Positions 41,491 through 50,983 of a DNA stretch of 64,000 bases are shown here, piece after piece. Location: contig NZ_JALVTW010000035.1 in the NCBI RefSeq assembly GCF_027023985.1, positions 1,374-65,373 on the forward strand. Direction: 5' to 3'. The translations under genes were made by a program, and so were the position numbers. The notes under the pieces are model-generated. The model did not search any database, was not told where the DNA came from, and saw nothing but the letters and a program-made list of their open reading frames with translations. The DNA comes from Persephonella sp. (lineage in GTDB: Bacteria > Aquificota > Aquificia > Aquificales > Hydrogenothermaceae). Every line of letters starts with the position of its first letter. The first letter of the stretch is position 1.

Positions 41491-42278
41491 CTTTTTTTAA
41501 GTTTACCTAATATCTTTTCCCAAAGGATTTTGTAACCGCCTTTTTTAATGGAAGGATGTATTTTGTCTTTTTTCAGAGGAATTTCATCTATAAACTCATC
41601 CATTGCAATGGTTCTGTCTCTGCCTATTGTATCTTCAATAATAGTCTTTAGATTTTTATTCTTTACAGCAGGGACAACCCAATATATATCTATATTTGGG
41701 TTTATCTTATGTATTTTTTTGTAAAATTTTTTGATGGAAACAAGCATGCTAACCCTGTCCATTTTCCATTGATTAGCTCCAAGAACAACCAGAAGCAGCT
41801 TGTATTTAGGTTTTTTTAATTCTTCTAAAAAATCCTTATCAGACATCCATTTATATGTGGTTGTAGAATGTTCAACAAAAAATTTGATATTTTTGAAACA
41901 ATGTTCTTTCCTTACGTGTTTTACATACTCAAGATAAAGGCCTTCTCCAAGGGAATCACCAACCACCAAAATACCATCAAGAGACCTTTTATTTTCCGGC
42001 TGGATATCAATATTTAAGATGTTTGACAAATTCAGATTCAGTTCCAGATTCTCAGGGGGTTCCGTTTTAGCTATTTTCTTATCTTTAGGCTCTTCTTCCG
42101 GCTGTAATTCTGTTATTACAGTTTTTTTATTATCTAAAACAATTTTTGCCAACTGAACACATTTATTTGATGGCACAGGAGGCTCTAATTCAGAACTTTC
42201 CACAACCCATGAATAAACAATATTAAGCCATGCTGCCATTAAGGTAATAAAGATAAGAAGAATACTTTTATTTTGCAT
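41466..42278 (-). CDS. Exported SGNH/GDSL-fold protein
   Basis: N-terminal hydrophobic helix; GDSL, LGAN, DKIHP motifs. Confidence 0.8.
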   Translation of the reverse strand: MQNKSILLIFITLMAAWLNIVYSWVVESSELEPPVPSNKCVQLAKIVLDNKKTVITELQPEEEPKDKKIAKTEPPENLELNLNLSNILNIDIQPENKRSLDGILVVGDSLGEGLYLEYVKHVRKEHCFKNIKFFVEHSTTTYKWMSDKDFLEELKKPKYKLLLVVLGANQWKMDRVSMLVSIKKFYKKIHKINPNIDIYWVVPAVKNKNLKTIIEDTIGRDRTIAMDEFIDEIPLKKDKIHPSIKKGGYKILWEKILGKLKKRWEIVCKS

Positions 42279-42996
42279 CTACCGACGGAATTGCTTTTTT
42301 TAGTATTATTTTCGCCCAGATTTCACTGCTTTTGATATCTGGATGAACTCCATCCCACAGTGAAAAATCATAATACTTAGACAAAATTAGTTTGATATTC
42401 CTACTGGAAAACTTCCTTACAAGATATTCGTTCAAATTGTTATCATTTGGAATAGGAGGTGCCACCAAAACAATCTGGGGTTGTTTATGGTAATGACGAG
42501 AAACCTTCTTAATAAAGTTTATAAGCTGAACCAGCTCTATATAAATCTTTTCATTACTTTCCTTGTTATATATATCATTTGTCCCTGTTGATATAACAAC
42601 AATATCAGGCTTGTGGATATGAAGGGAAAAAAGAAGATTTTCCTTATAAAGTTCATCTTCTGTCCATTTTTCTGTTCTTAAACCTCTTTTGAATACATAC
42701 GCACACTTAATTCCTTTTTGGATACATAATTTTTTAGAAGGATTTTTTATGGCTTCAACCATACTATCGCCAACAAAAAGGATACTTAGCTTTTTAGGTC
42801 TATAGAAAACAGGTTTTAGCTTTACTGCTTTTGAGGGTTTATTTTCTAGTTTGTGCTTTATTTCTTCGGTCTGGATTACTGTTTTATCAGGGGTATAAGG
42901 CTTTTTGTCTTTTTCTACAGAACTTTTCTGGGCGCAAGAAATAACAAAAAAACCGAAAAACAAAACAAATGCAAGTTCTATAATTTTTATATTCAT
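42268..42996 (-). CDS. SGNH/GDSL-fold lipoprotein
   Basis: Lipobox-like VISC; GDSM, GTND, DGVHP. Start placed at ATG 42996. Confidence 0.8.
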   Translation of the reverse strand: MNIKIIELAFVLFFGFFVISCAQKSSVEKDKKPYTPDKTVIQTEEIKHKLENKPSKAVKLKPVFYRPKKLSILFVGDSMVEAIKNPSKKLCIQKGIKCAYVFKRGLRTEKWTEDELYKENLLFSLHIHKPDIVVISTGTNDIYNKESNEKIYIELVQLINFIKKVSRHYHKQPQIVLVAPPIPNDNNLNEYLVRKFSSRNIKLILSKYYDFSLWDGVHPDIKSSEIWAKIILKKAIPSVDAK

Positions 42997-43047
42997 TATG
43001 AAAATTCCCCCATATATGACCTGCAACGAGTAATTATATACTACAAT

Positions 43048-43076
43048 TTGATTATTTTCCAAAAACTTTTTATACT
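43048..43076 (+). promoter_or_regulatory. sigma70 promoter of rpmI-rplT-pheST
   Basis: TTGATT-17 nt-TATACT. Confidence 0.7.
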
Positions 43077-43125
43077 ATTAAGTCTATTTCCTGATATTTT
43101 CCTGCAATAAAAAAGGAGGTTTATT

Positions 43126-43332
43126 ATGGCTAAAGTTAAAATGAAAACTAACAAAACAGCTGCAAAAAGGTTTAAAGTTACAGCTAAAGGCAAAATAAAG
43201 TATTGGAAAGGTGGAGTATCCCACTACAATACTAAGAAAACAAGAAAAAGAAAAAGACAGGGAAGAAAAGCACAATACGTTCCTGAAAATCTCAAGGACA
43301 AAGTCGCAGCTTTAATCCCTTATCAAGTGTAA
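43126..43332 (+). CDS. rpmI: 50S ribosomal protein L35
   Basis: KMKTNKTAAKRFKVT; precedes rplT. Confidence 0.96.
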   Translation: MAKVKMKTNKTAAKRFKVTAKGKIKYWKGGVSHYNTKKTRKRKRQGRKAQYVPENLKDKVAALIPYQV

Positions 43333-43346
43333 AAGGAGGAAGATAA

Positions 43347-43703
43347 ATGAGAGTAAAAGGACCATCATCTAAAAAACATAAGAAAAAAATTCTTAAACTT
43401 GCAAAAGGTTATTACGGAGCAAAACACCGCTCTTACAGAAGAGCTAAAGAACAGGTTTTAAGGTCTCTTCAGTATGAATACAGAGATAGAAGACTTAGAA
43501 AAAGGGACTTTAGAAAACTCTGGATAACAAGAATTAATGCAGCAGCAAGATTAAATGGCCTTTCTTACAGCCAGTTTATACACGGGCTCAAGCTTGCAGG
43601 TGTTGACCTCAATAGAAAAGTGCTTGCTGATATCGCTGTTACAGACCCAGAAGGGTTTGCAAAATTAGCAGAAACAGCAAAATCTGCACTGGCATCAAAA
43701 TAA
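43347..43703 (+). CDS. rplT: 50S ribosomal protein L20
   Basis: [28 protein letters not shown]. Confidence 0.98.
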   Translation: MRVKGPSSKKHKKKILKLAKGYYGAKHRSYRRAKEQVLRSLQYEYRDRRLRKRDFRKLWITRINAAARLNGLSYSQFIHGLKLAGVDLNRKVLADIAVTDPEGFAKLAETAKSALASK

Positions 43704-43716
43704 GCAGAGGGTAAAC

Positions 43717-44751
43717 TTGAGCCTGAAAGAAGATATAAAAAGCTTAGGAGAAGAGGCAAAAGCCCTTATCCAGAAAGCAACTGATCTAAAACAGCTTAAT
43801 GATATAAGGGTAGCGTTTTTAGGTAAAAAAGGTAAGCTAAAAAATATCCTGAAAACTTTAGGGAAACTATCCCCTGAGGAAAGAAAAGAGATAGGTCAGC
43901 TTGCCAATAAAATAAAAGAAGAATTAGAAGAGCTTTTAAAGTCTCAGGAAACAACTCTAAAACAAAAGGCTTTAGAGGAAGAACTTCGTAAAGAAAAAAT
44001 TGATATAACTCTTCCGGCAAGCTGGATAGATATTGGTTCTTCCCATCCTGTTATATCAACATTAATTGGGATTTCCGAGATATTTATATCTATGGGCTTT
44101 TCTGTTGCCGAGGGTCCAGAGGTTGAAAAGGAAGAGTATAACTTCGATATGCTAAATATCCCTAAAGACCATCCGGCCAGGGATATGCAGGATACATTTT
44201 TCCTGAACAACGGGGATATCCTAAGAACGCACACATCCCCTGTTCAGGTTAGAACAATGCTTACAAGAAAACCACCAATCGCAATAATTGCACCTGGCCG
44301 TGTTTACAGAAAAGATGCAGACCCAACCCACTCACCGATGTTCCACCAGATAGAAGGTCTACTTGTTGATGAAAATGTGACATTTAGAGACCTGAAAGGT
44401 ATCCTGAAAATATTCTTAGAATCTGTATTCGGCAAAGACGTAGGCATAAGATTCAGACCAAGCTATTTCCCATTTACAGAACCATCAGCAGAAGTTGATA
44501 TAAGCTGCACAGTTTGCGGTGGAAAAGGATGCCGTGTCTGCAAAGGAACAGGATGGCTTGAGATACTCGGATGTGGAATGGTTGACCCTAATGTATTCAA
44601 AGCGGTAAATATAGACCCTGATAAATATTCAGGATTTGCATTCGGGCTTGGTATAGAAAGGATTGCAATGCTTAAATACAGAATTACCGATATCAGACTA
44701 CTATTTGAAAACAACATGAGATTTAACCATCAGTTCAAGGGGATAAGATGA
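43717..44751 (+). CDS. pheS: Phenylalanyl-tRNA synthetase alpha
   Basis: HPARDMQDTF, LRTHTSP, HSPMFHQIEG, YFPFTEPS, FGLGIER. Confidence 0.98.
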   Translation: MSLKEDIKSLGEEAKALIQKATDLKQLNDIRVAFLGKKGKLKNILKTLGKLSPEERKEIGQLANKIKEELEELLKSQETTLKQKALEEELRKEKIDITLPASWIDIGSSHPVISTLIGISEIFISMGFSVAEGPEVEKEEYNFDMLNIPKDHPARDMQDTFFLNNGDILRTHTSPVQVRTMLTRKPPIAIIAPGRVYRKDADPTHSPMFHQIEGLLVDENVTFRDLKGILKIFLESVFGKDVGIRFRPSYFPFTEPSAEVDISCTVCGGKGCRVCKGTGWLEILGCGMVDPNVFKAVNIDPDKYSGFAFGLGIERIAMLKYRITDIRLLFENNMRFNHQFKGIR

Positions 44752-47162
44752 GAGTTCCTTATTCATGGATAAAAGAGTTTCTTGATATAGATGAACCTGC
44801 AGAGAAGGTAGCAGAAAAACTTAATGAAACAGGTATTGAAACAGTTGTAGAAAAGTTTGGACAACCGATAGGCAATATTGTTGTTGTAAAAATACTCTCT
44901 GTTGAAAAACATCCTGAAAGGGATAGACTTCTTATATGCAGAGTTACCGACGGAGATAAAGAGTATCAGGTAGTAACAGCAGCCAAAAATGTATTCACAG
45001 GTGCAAAGGTTATACTGGCAAAGGAAGGAGCCCAGATAGGTGATATCACTATAAAACCTGTAAAATTCGGCTCCTTTCAATCTGAAGGAATGTTCTTATC
45101 CCTTGAGGAATTAGGTCTTGCAGAAAAAGCAGAAGGGGTTTTGATACTTCCTGATGAAGTAAAGGAAGGCACAGACCCAAATAAACTCCTTGGACTTGGT
45201 GAGGATTACATATTTGAGATTGAGATAACCCCAAATAGAGGAGATGCTCTCAGCGTTAGGGGTTTAGCCAGAGAAATAGGGGCTATTTTCGGTATTAAAA
45301 GAAAAGAAAAATATCCTGTTGTTTCAATAGCACAGGAAAATCCACCACAGATAGAACTCCAAACAGACAAAGTAAGCAGATACAGAGGAATAGTAATCAA
45401 AGGGGTAAAAATCCAGCCTTCTCCATTTGACCTGCAGCTGAAACTTATAAAATGTGGACAAAACCCAATCAATAATGTGGTGGATATCACCAACTATATT
45501 CTCCTTCAGGAAGGGCAACCTTTACATGCCTTTGATTTAAATAAAATTAAAGGCAAGGTTATAGTTAGAAATGCAAAAGAAGGAGAAACAATTATCACCC
45601 TTGACGGAGAAGAGAGAAAACTAACAACTGAAGATATTGTGATAGCAGATGAAGAAAAACCAATTGCAATAGCCGGTGTAATCGGCGGAGAAAACACAAA
45701 AGTTGATGAAAACACAACAGACATTCTCCTTGAGGCTGCAGTTTTTGATAATATCTCTGTCAGAAAAACAGCAAAAAGACTGGCTATCAGCACAGAGTCT
45801 TCATACAGATTTGAAAGGGGAGTGGATATAGAAAATCTCCCAAATGCTCAGGATAAAGCAGTTGAACTTATTGTGAAACTTGCAGGTGGAGAGGCTGTAG
45901 GTGAAACAGATATATACCCTAAACCATATCAACCTGCAAAAATAAAACTTAGAGAAAAAACTACCAGCAGAATTTTGGGAATAGATATCCCCAAAGAAAG
46001 GGCAAAAGAATTACTGGAAAGACTTGAAATCCCTACAGAAATTGTAGAAGATGGAACAATCTCAGAAATACCGGCATTCAGAGCATTTGATTTAGAAAGG
46101 GAGATAGACCTTGTTGAAGAGGTTGGCAGATTAGAAGGCCTAAATAAACTGGAAGAAACATATCCATCAATATCTGTAAAAAGCTATAAAAAAAGTGATA
46201 GCTTTCTGTTTGAGCTGAGAACAAGAGATTTCTTCAAAGATAACGGCCTTGATGAGGTCGTAACCTATACCTTTGTTGATGAGGACATTTACAACATTTT
46301 AGGACTTCCTGTCCCTCAGATACAGATTAAGAACTATCTACTAAAAACACAGAGTATAATGAGGGACAACCTTGCAGTTAGTTTGATAAAAACTCTGCAG
46401 CATAACTTAAGATTCCAGAATAGAGACCTGAAAATATTTGAAATATCATCTGCTTTCTTTGAAGACCATGAGGAGGTAAGGGCAGGAATTCTGGCAACAG
46501 GTAGATATATAAAAGGATTTAACTACACAAAAGGTGATAAAAAGTTCTCCACAACTGAAAAATGGGATTTCCTTAAGCTGAAAGGTATTATAGAAAGTTA
46601 TCTACATGGTTTAGGTTTTACAGATGTTGAGTATAAACCTTCAGAAAAGCCGTTCCTTAATCCTTACGAATCTGCCGAAATTTATGTAAATAATCAAAAT
46701 ATTGGGTATTTAGGCAGAATACATCCAGAGAAAGCAGATAAACTGGAAATTCCTAAAGATGTCTATATTGGAGAGCTAAAACTGAGATATGTTTCAAGAA
46801 AACTACAGGAAGACACATTAAACAAAACAGGTTATCTGTTTAACCTGTATTTAACAAGAAAACTTCCTGAGTTTAAAGAACTTCCTAAATATCCATCTGT
46901 TAAAAGGGATTTTGCATTTGAAGTTGACGAAAATCTGCAGGTGGATAAATTATTAAAAGCTATAAAAGATAGCTCAAACCTTGTGGAAAAGGTTGAGCTG
47001 TTTGATGTTTACTTTATTGATAAAAACAGAAAAAGCGTTGCTGTTTCTGTTGAATTCAGAGCAGAGGACAGGTCTCTGTCTGATGAAGAGGTAAATAAAA
47101 TTTCTGAAGAAATGATTGAAAAGCTTGAAAAAACTTTTGAAAACCTGAAACTTAGAGCATAG
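44748..47162 (+). CDS. pheT: Phenylalanyl-tRNA synthetase beta
   Basis: ITPNRGD, NVVDITNY, RFERG, FDX-ACB C-terminus. Confidence 0.97.
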   Translation: MRVPYSWIKEFLDIDEPAEKVAEKLNETGIETVVEKFGQPIGNIVVVKILSVEKHPERDRLLICRVTDGDKEYQVVTAAKNVFTGAKVILAKEGAQIGDITIKPVKFGSFQSEGMFLSLEELGLAEKAEGVLILPDEVKEGTDPNKLLGLGEDYIFEIEITPNRGDALSVRGLAREIGAIFGIKRKEKYPVVSIAQENPPQIELQTDKVSRYRGIVIKGVKIQPSPFDLQLKLIKCGQNPINNVVDITNYILLQEGQPLHAFDLNKIKGKVIVRNAKEGETIITLDGEERKLTTEDIVIADEEKPIAIAGVIGGENTKVDENTTDILLEAAVFDNISVRKTAKRLAISTESSYRFERGVDIENLPNAQDKAVELIVKLAGGEAVGETDIYPKPYQPAKIKLREKTTSRILGIDIPKERAKELLERLEIPTEIVEDGTISEIPAFRAFDLEREIDLVEEVGRLEGLNKLEETYPSISVKSYKKSDSFLFELRTRDFFKDNGLDEVVTYTFVDEDIYNILGLPVPQIQIKNYLLKTQSIMRDNLAVSLIKTLQHNLRFQNRDLKIFEISSAFFEDHEEVRAGILATGRYIKGFNYTKGDKKFSTTEKWDFLKLKGIIESYLHGLGFTDVEYKPSEKPFLNPYESAEIYVNNQNIGYLGRIHPEKADKLEIPKDVYIGELKLRYVSRKLQEDTLNKTGYLFNLYLTRKLPEFKELPKYPSVKRDFAFEVDENLQVDKLLKAIKDSSNLVEKVELFDVYFIDKNRKSVAVSVEFRAEDRSLSDEEVNKISEEMIEKLEKTFENLKLRA

Positions 47163-47219
47163 GAAGGCTAAAGCGGTAATAATGGAATTTTATATAGATT
47201 TTTATAAAAGAATACGTTT

Positions 47220-47375
47220 CCTGCGGGGCTCGATAGGGATGTGACGATAGTTTCTGGGCTATAGCTACTGGAAAGGGAGCCCTATATCCCGTGTATCCCG
47301 TGGGAACACGGTGCGGGCACCCACCTTTGATTTGGGTCCAGAAAGGGACTCACCATCCCGTCGGCCCTCCGCGGG
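47220..47375 (+). ncRNA. ssrS: 6S RNA (core rod; may extend to 47162-47398)
   Basis: GC-rich irregular hairpin: 47220-47244 pairs with 47350-47375, TTTCTGGGC with GTCCAGAAA, AAAGG with CCTTT, CCGTGT with ACACGG, leaving a central bubble. Sits upstream of ygfA, the conserved ssrS-ygfA synteny. Ends are estimated. Confidence 0.8.
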
Positions 47376-47392
47376 GTTTTATACCGCGTTGG

Positions 47393-47412
47393 CCTTCCAT
47401 GTTAATGGGAGG
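47393..47412 (+). promoter_or_regulatory. Hairpin sequestering the ygfA Shine-Dalgarno
   Basis: CCTTCCAT-GTTA-ATGGGAGG; SD GGAGG at 47408-47412, TTG start at 47418. Confidence 0.6.
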
Positions 47413-47417
47413 TCAGA

Positions 47418-47975
47418 TTGAAAGAGAGTATTAGAAAAGAGATTTTAAGTAAGAGATTAAGCCACAGGCAGATTGAGGAGCAGTCTGCCAAAATAGCAGA
47501 AAAATTCTGCTCCCTGCCTGATGTAAAAAATGCAAAGAATATACTTCTTTACTATCCTCATAAAAATGAGGTAGACACAAGACCTCTTATTGAAAAACTT
47601 CTAAAAAAATCAGATATTTCTGTCTTCCTCCCTAAAGTTTCAGGTGAAGATATTTTACCTGTTCATGTCAAAGACCTGTCCTCACTAAAGTCAGGCTATG
47701 CAGGAATTAAAGAACCGGAAGGATTACCTGTAAATCCAGAAGAACTTGATATTGTTGTTGTTCCGGCTATTGCATTTGACAAAAGAGGGCATAGACTTGG
47801 ATATGGCAAAGGATATTACGATAGGTTTTTAAAGAAAACTAATGCACTGAAGGTGGGGTTTGCATTTGATTTTCAGGTGATTGATGAGCTACCAGTAGAA
47901 GAACATGACATTCCTGTGGATTTAATCATAACCCCTACCAGAGTAATAAAGACAAAGGAGGAAGAGAAAAGATGA
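47418..47975 (+). CDS. ygfA: 5-formyltetrahydrofolate cyclo-ligase
   Basis: NEVDT, LPKV, GIKEP, VVPAIAFD...RLGYGKGYYDR, EEHD. Confidence 0.95.
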   Translation: MKESIRKEILSKRLSHRQIEEQSAKIAEKFCSLPDVKNAKNILLYYPHKNEVDTRPLIEKLLKKSDISVFLPKVSGEDILPVHVKDLSSLKSGYAGIKEPEGLPVNPEELDIVVVPAIAFDKRGHRLGYGKGYYDRFLKKTNALKVGFAFDFQVIDELPVEEHDIPVDLIITPTRVIKTKEEEKR

Positions 47976-49633
47976 TAGAGATAATAGTTGGAGTTTCAGC
48001 TTTAGCAGTAGGAGGCGCTGCAGGATTTGCAGCATGCAAGACAACTGTAGGAAAAGCACTTCAAGAAAAAGAAAAAGAAGCAGAAAGGATAATTGCTGAA
48101 AAAAATAGAATTGAGTCAGAAGCAAAAAGAAAAGCTGAGGAAATCATCAGACAGGCAGAAAAAGAAGCAATGATTAAGGCAAAAGAGATTGAAAATGAAG
48201 CTTTGCAGCTGAAAAAAGAGCAGGAAATTATTATTGAAAAAGAAATTCTCAAAAGAAAACAACAACTTGAAGAAGAACTTAAAAAGGAAAGGGAAGAACT
48301 TCAAAATCTTGAAAAAACCCTTATGACAAGGGAAGCTCAACTTGAGAAAAGAATTGCAAGAATAGAACACAGAGAGGAAGAACTTGAGAAAAAATGGGAC
48401 GAGGTTAAAAAGTTAGAGGAAGAAATCAAGGCTATCCAGAAAGAGATTGAAGAAAAAGAACAAAAAATCAAAGCTGCAGAGGAGCAGTATATCCTTGAGC
48501 TCCAGAGAATCGCTTCTATGACTAAAGAGGAAGCCAGAGAAGAGCTTATGAAAAAAGTTGAAGAAGAAGCAAAATTAGAAGCTGCTAAACTGATGAAAGA
48601 GATAGAAGAAGAAGCAAGAAAAGAAGCAGAAAAAGAGGCAAAATGGAATCTGGTTACAGCAATACAGAGACTTGCACCAGAAGTAACAACATCATATACA
48701 ATCTCTGTTGTTGACCTGCCTTCCAACGACCTAAAAGGTAGAATTATTGGAAGGGAAGGTAGAAATATCAGAGCATTTGAGATGGAAACAGGAGTTGACC
48801 TGATTATTGATGATACCCCTGACATTGTTACGATTTCATCATTTGACCCTCTTAGAAGGGAAATAGCAAAAGAATCCCTTGAAAGATTGATAGCAGACGG
48901 AAGAATACATCCAGGAAGAATTGAAGAGGTAGTATCAAAAGTAAAAGAAGAAATGGAAGCAAAGGTCAGAAAACTTGGTGAAGAAACATGTCTTGAGCTT
49001 GGATTTACAGATGTCCATCCTGAACTTTATTACTACATAGGAAAACTATACTATAGAACATCCTATACACAAAACGTTCTGCTGCATACAAAAGAAGTTG
49101 CATACCTTGCAGGAATGATGGCTGCTGAACTGGGACTTGATGAAAAAGCAGCCAGAAGAGGAGGTTTAATGCATGACATTGGAAAATCTATTTCCCACGA
49201 AGTTGGGGGTTCCCACTCTAAAGTCGGAGCAGAACTGGCAAAAAGATACGGAGAACCTGATGTGGTTATAAATGCAATTCTTTATCACCATAATGATGAG
49301 CCTGCAAGATATCCGGAAGCGGTCTTAGTAGCTGCTGCAGATGCTTTATCAGCAGCAAGACCAGGAGCAAGAAGAGAAGCTCTCCAGTCTTATATCAACA
49401 GACTGGAAAAAATTGAAGCCATTGTTAACTCATTTGAAAATGTTGAAAAATCATTTGCTATACAGGCAGGAAGAGAAGTTAGGATTATAGTAAACGCAGA
49501 AAAATTATCAGATGAAGAGGCATATCTTCTGACAAAAGAAATCGCAAAAAGAATAGAAAAAGAAGTAGAATTCCCAGGACAAATCAAGGTAACCACAATC
49601 AGAGAATCAAGATTTGTAGAAGTTGCCAAGTAA
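47972..49633 (+). CDS. rny: Ribonuclease Y
   Basis: TM helix, coiled coil, KH (KGRIIGREGRNIR), HD domain (LMHDIGK), AADALSAARPGAR. Confidence 0.97.
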   Translation: MIEIIVGVSALAVGGAAGFAACKTTVGKALQEKEKEAERIIAEKNRIESEAKRKAEEIIRQAEKEAMIKAKEIENEALQLKKEQEIIIEKEILKRKQQLEEELKKEREELQNLEKTLMTREAQLEKRIARIEHREEELEKKWDEVKKLEEEIKAIQKEIEEKEQKIKAAEEQYILELQRIASMTKEEAREELMKKVEEEAKLEAAKLMKEIEEEARKEAEKEAKWNLVTAIQRLAPEVTTSYTISVVDLPSNDLKGRIIGREGRNIRAFEMETGVDLIIDDTPDIVTISSFDPLRREIAKESLERLIADGRIHPGRIEEVVSKVKEEMEAKVRKLGEETCLELGFTDVHPELYYYIGKLYYRTSYTQNVLLHTKEVAYLAGMMAAELGLDEKAARRGGLMHDIGKSISHEVGGSHSKVGAELAKRYGEPDVVINAILYHHNDEPARYPEAVLVAAADALSAARPGARREALQSYINRLEKIEAIVNSFENVEKSFAIQAGREVRIIVNAEKLSDEEAYLLTKEIAKRIEKEVEFPGQIKVTTIRESRFVEVAK

Positions 49634-49640
49634 TAAATTT

Positions 49641-49669
49641 AAAGGGGCTATATATTAGCCCCTTTCTTT
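49641..49669 (+). terminator. Intrinsic terminator after rny
   Basis: AAAGGGGCTA-TATAT-TAGCCCCTTT followed by CTTT. Confidence 0.85.
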
Positions 49670-49744
49670 ATTTCCTCCTTTTTCTCTTTTGATTTATAAT
49701 TTTCAGGTTATCCTCATCAATAATAAGGTTAGGAGGAGCAAAAA

Positions 49745-50970
49745 ATGAAAATCGCCCCTGCAGACAATGTCTGGATTTTAGTTTCAACAGCCCTTGTTTT
49801 ACTGATGTCTATTCCGGGACTTGCTATTTTTTACGGAGGTCTTACCAGAACAAAAAATATCTTAAACACAATTATGATGGTTTTTGGAACCTTTGGTGTT
49901 GTTAGTCTGCTGTGGATTTTATTTGGATACTCTTTAACGTTTGGAAATGATATCGGCGGAATAATAGGAAATCTGCAGTATTTCCTATTATCAGGAATAA
50001 AACCTTCTGACCCTGCACCTGCAGCAGAAAATCTTTACCATTATTTATTTATATTCTTCCAGATGACATTTGCAGCAATTACCGTTGCCCTTATGGCTGG
50101 TGCTTTTATTGAAAGAATGAAATTCTCTGCATGGCTAATTGTATCTGCATTATGGGGAATTTTTGTTTATTTCCCTGTAGCCCACTGGATATGGGGTGGA
50201 GGTGGCTTTCCAATTTAGGAACACTGGATTTTGCCGGTGGTCTTGTCGTTCATGAAACATCAGGATTGGGTGCACTGGTTGGAGCGTTTATATTAGGCAA
50301 AAGAAAAGAGCCTATAATGCTACCTGCTAATCTTGCACTTGTTGCAATAGGAACAGGGCTATTGTGGTTTGGATGGTTCGGATTTAACGGTGGTTCTGCA
50401 CTTGGCATATCTGCACAGGCCGTATCAGCAGCATTTACAACATCTATTGCTGCATTTATGGGTGGTTTAACATGGATGTTCCTTGAATGGATATTATTCA
50501 AAAAACCAACCTCCCTTGGTATGTTTACAGGAATAATAGCAGGACTTGCCACCATTACCCCTGCTTCAGGTTTTGTTGATCTTGGGGCTGCTTTAATTAT
50601 AGGAATACTTGCAGGTATCGTATGTTTTACAGCTGTTGTATATGTAAAAAACAAAGTTGGATATGATGATTCTCTGGACGTATTTGGTGTTCACGGTGTA
50701 GGTGGAATGCTTGGGGCTTTATTACTGGCCGTATTTGCAAATCCAGATATAGCTGATGTTGCCGGAATTATTTATGGAAGTGCTTCACAATTAATGCCAC
50801 AGATAATTGGTATTATCGCCGTTGGTATTTATACAATTATTGTTTCTGCAATCATATTTAAAGTAGTTGATGTTATTATTGGCCTCAGAGTTCCTAAAGA
50901 ATATGAGATAGAAGGCCTTGATGAAAGAATTCATGGTGAAAGGGTTATGAACGAACCTATAAAATTTTAG
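49745..50970 (+). pseudogene. amtB: Ammonium transporter Amt with a one-base deletion near 50201-50205 (pseudogene or sequencing error)
   Basis: ORFs 49745-50218 and 50131-50970 join into one 408-aa Amt (FFQMTFA, HWIWGGG|WLSNLG, DFAGGLVVH, DVFGVHG). Confidence 0.85.
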
Positions 50971-50983
50971 GTAAGGAAAGAAA

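Noticed and set aside
47162-47398. GC-rich structured region as RNase P RNA, tmRNA or a MITE
   Set aside because: It lacks the rnpB GAGGAAAGUCC motif and a tRNA-like end or tag ORF, shows no target-site duplication, and the ssrS-ygfA synteny explains it.
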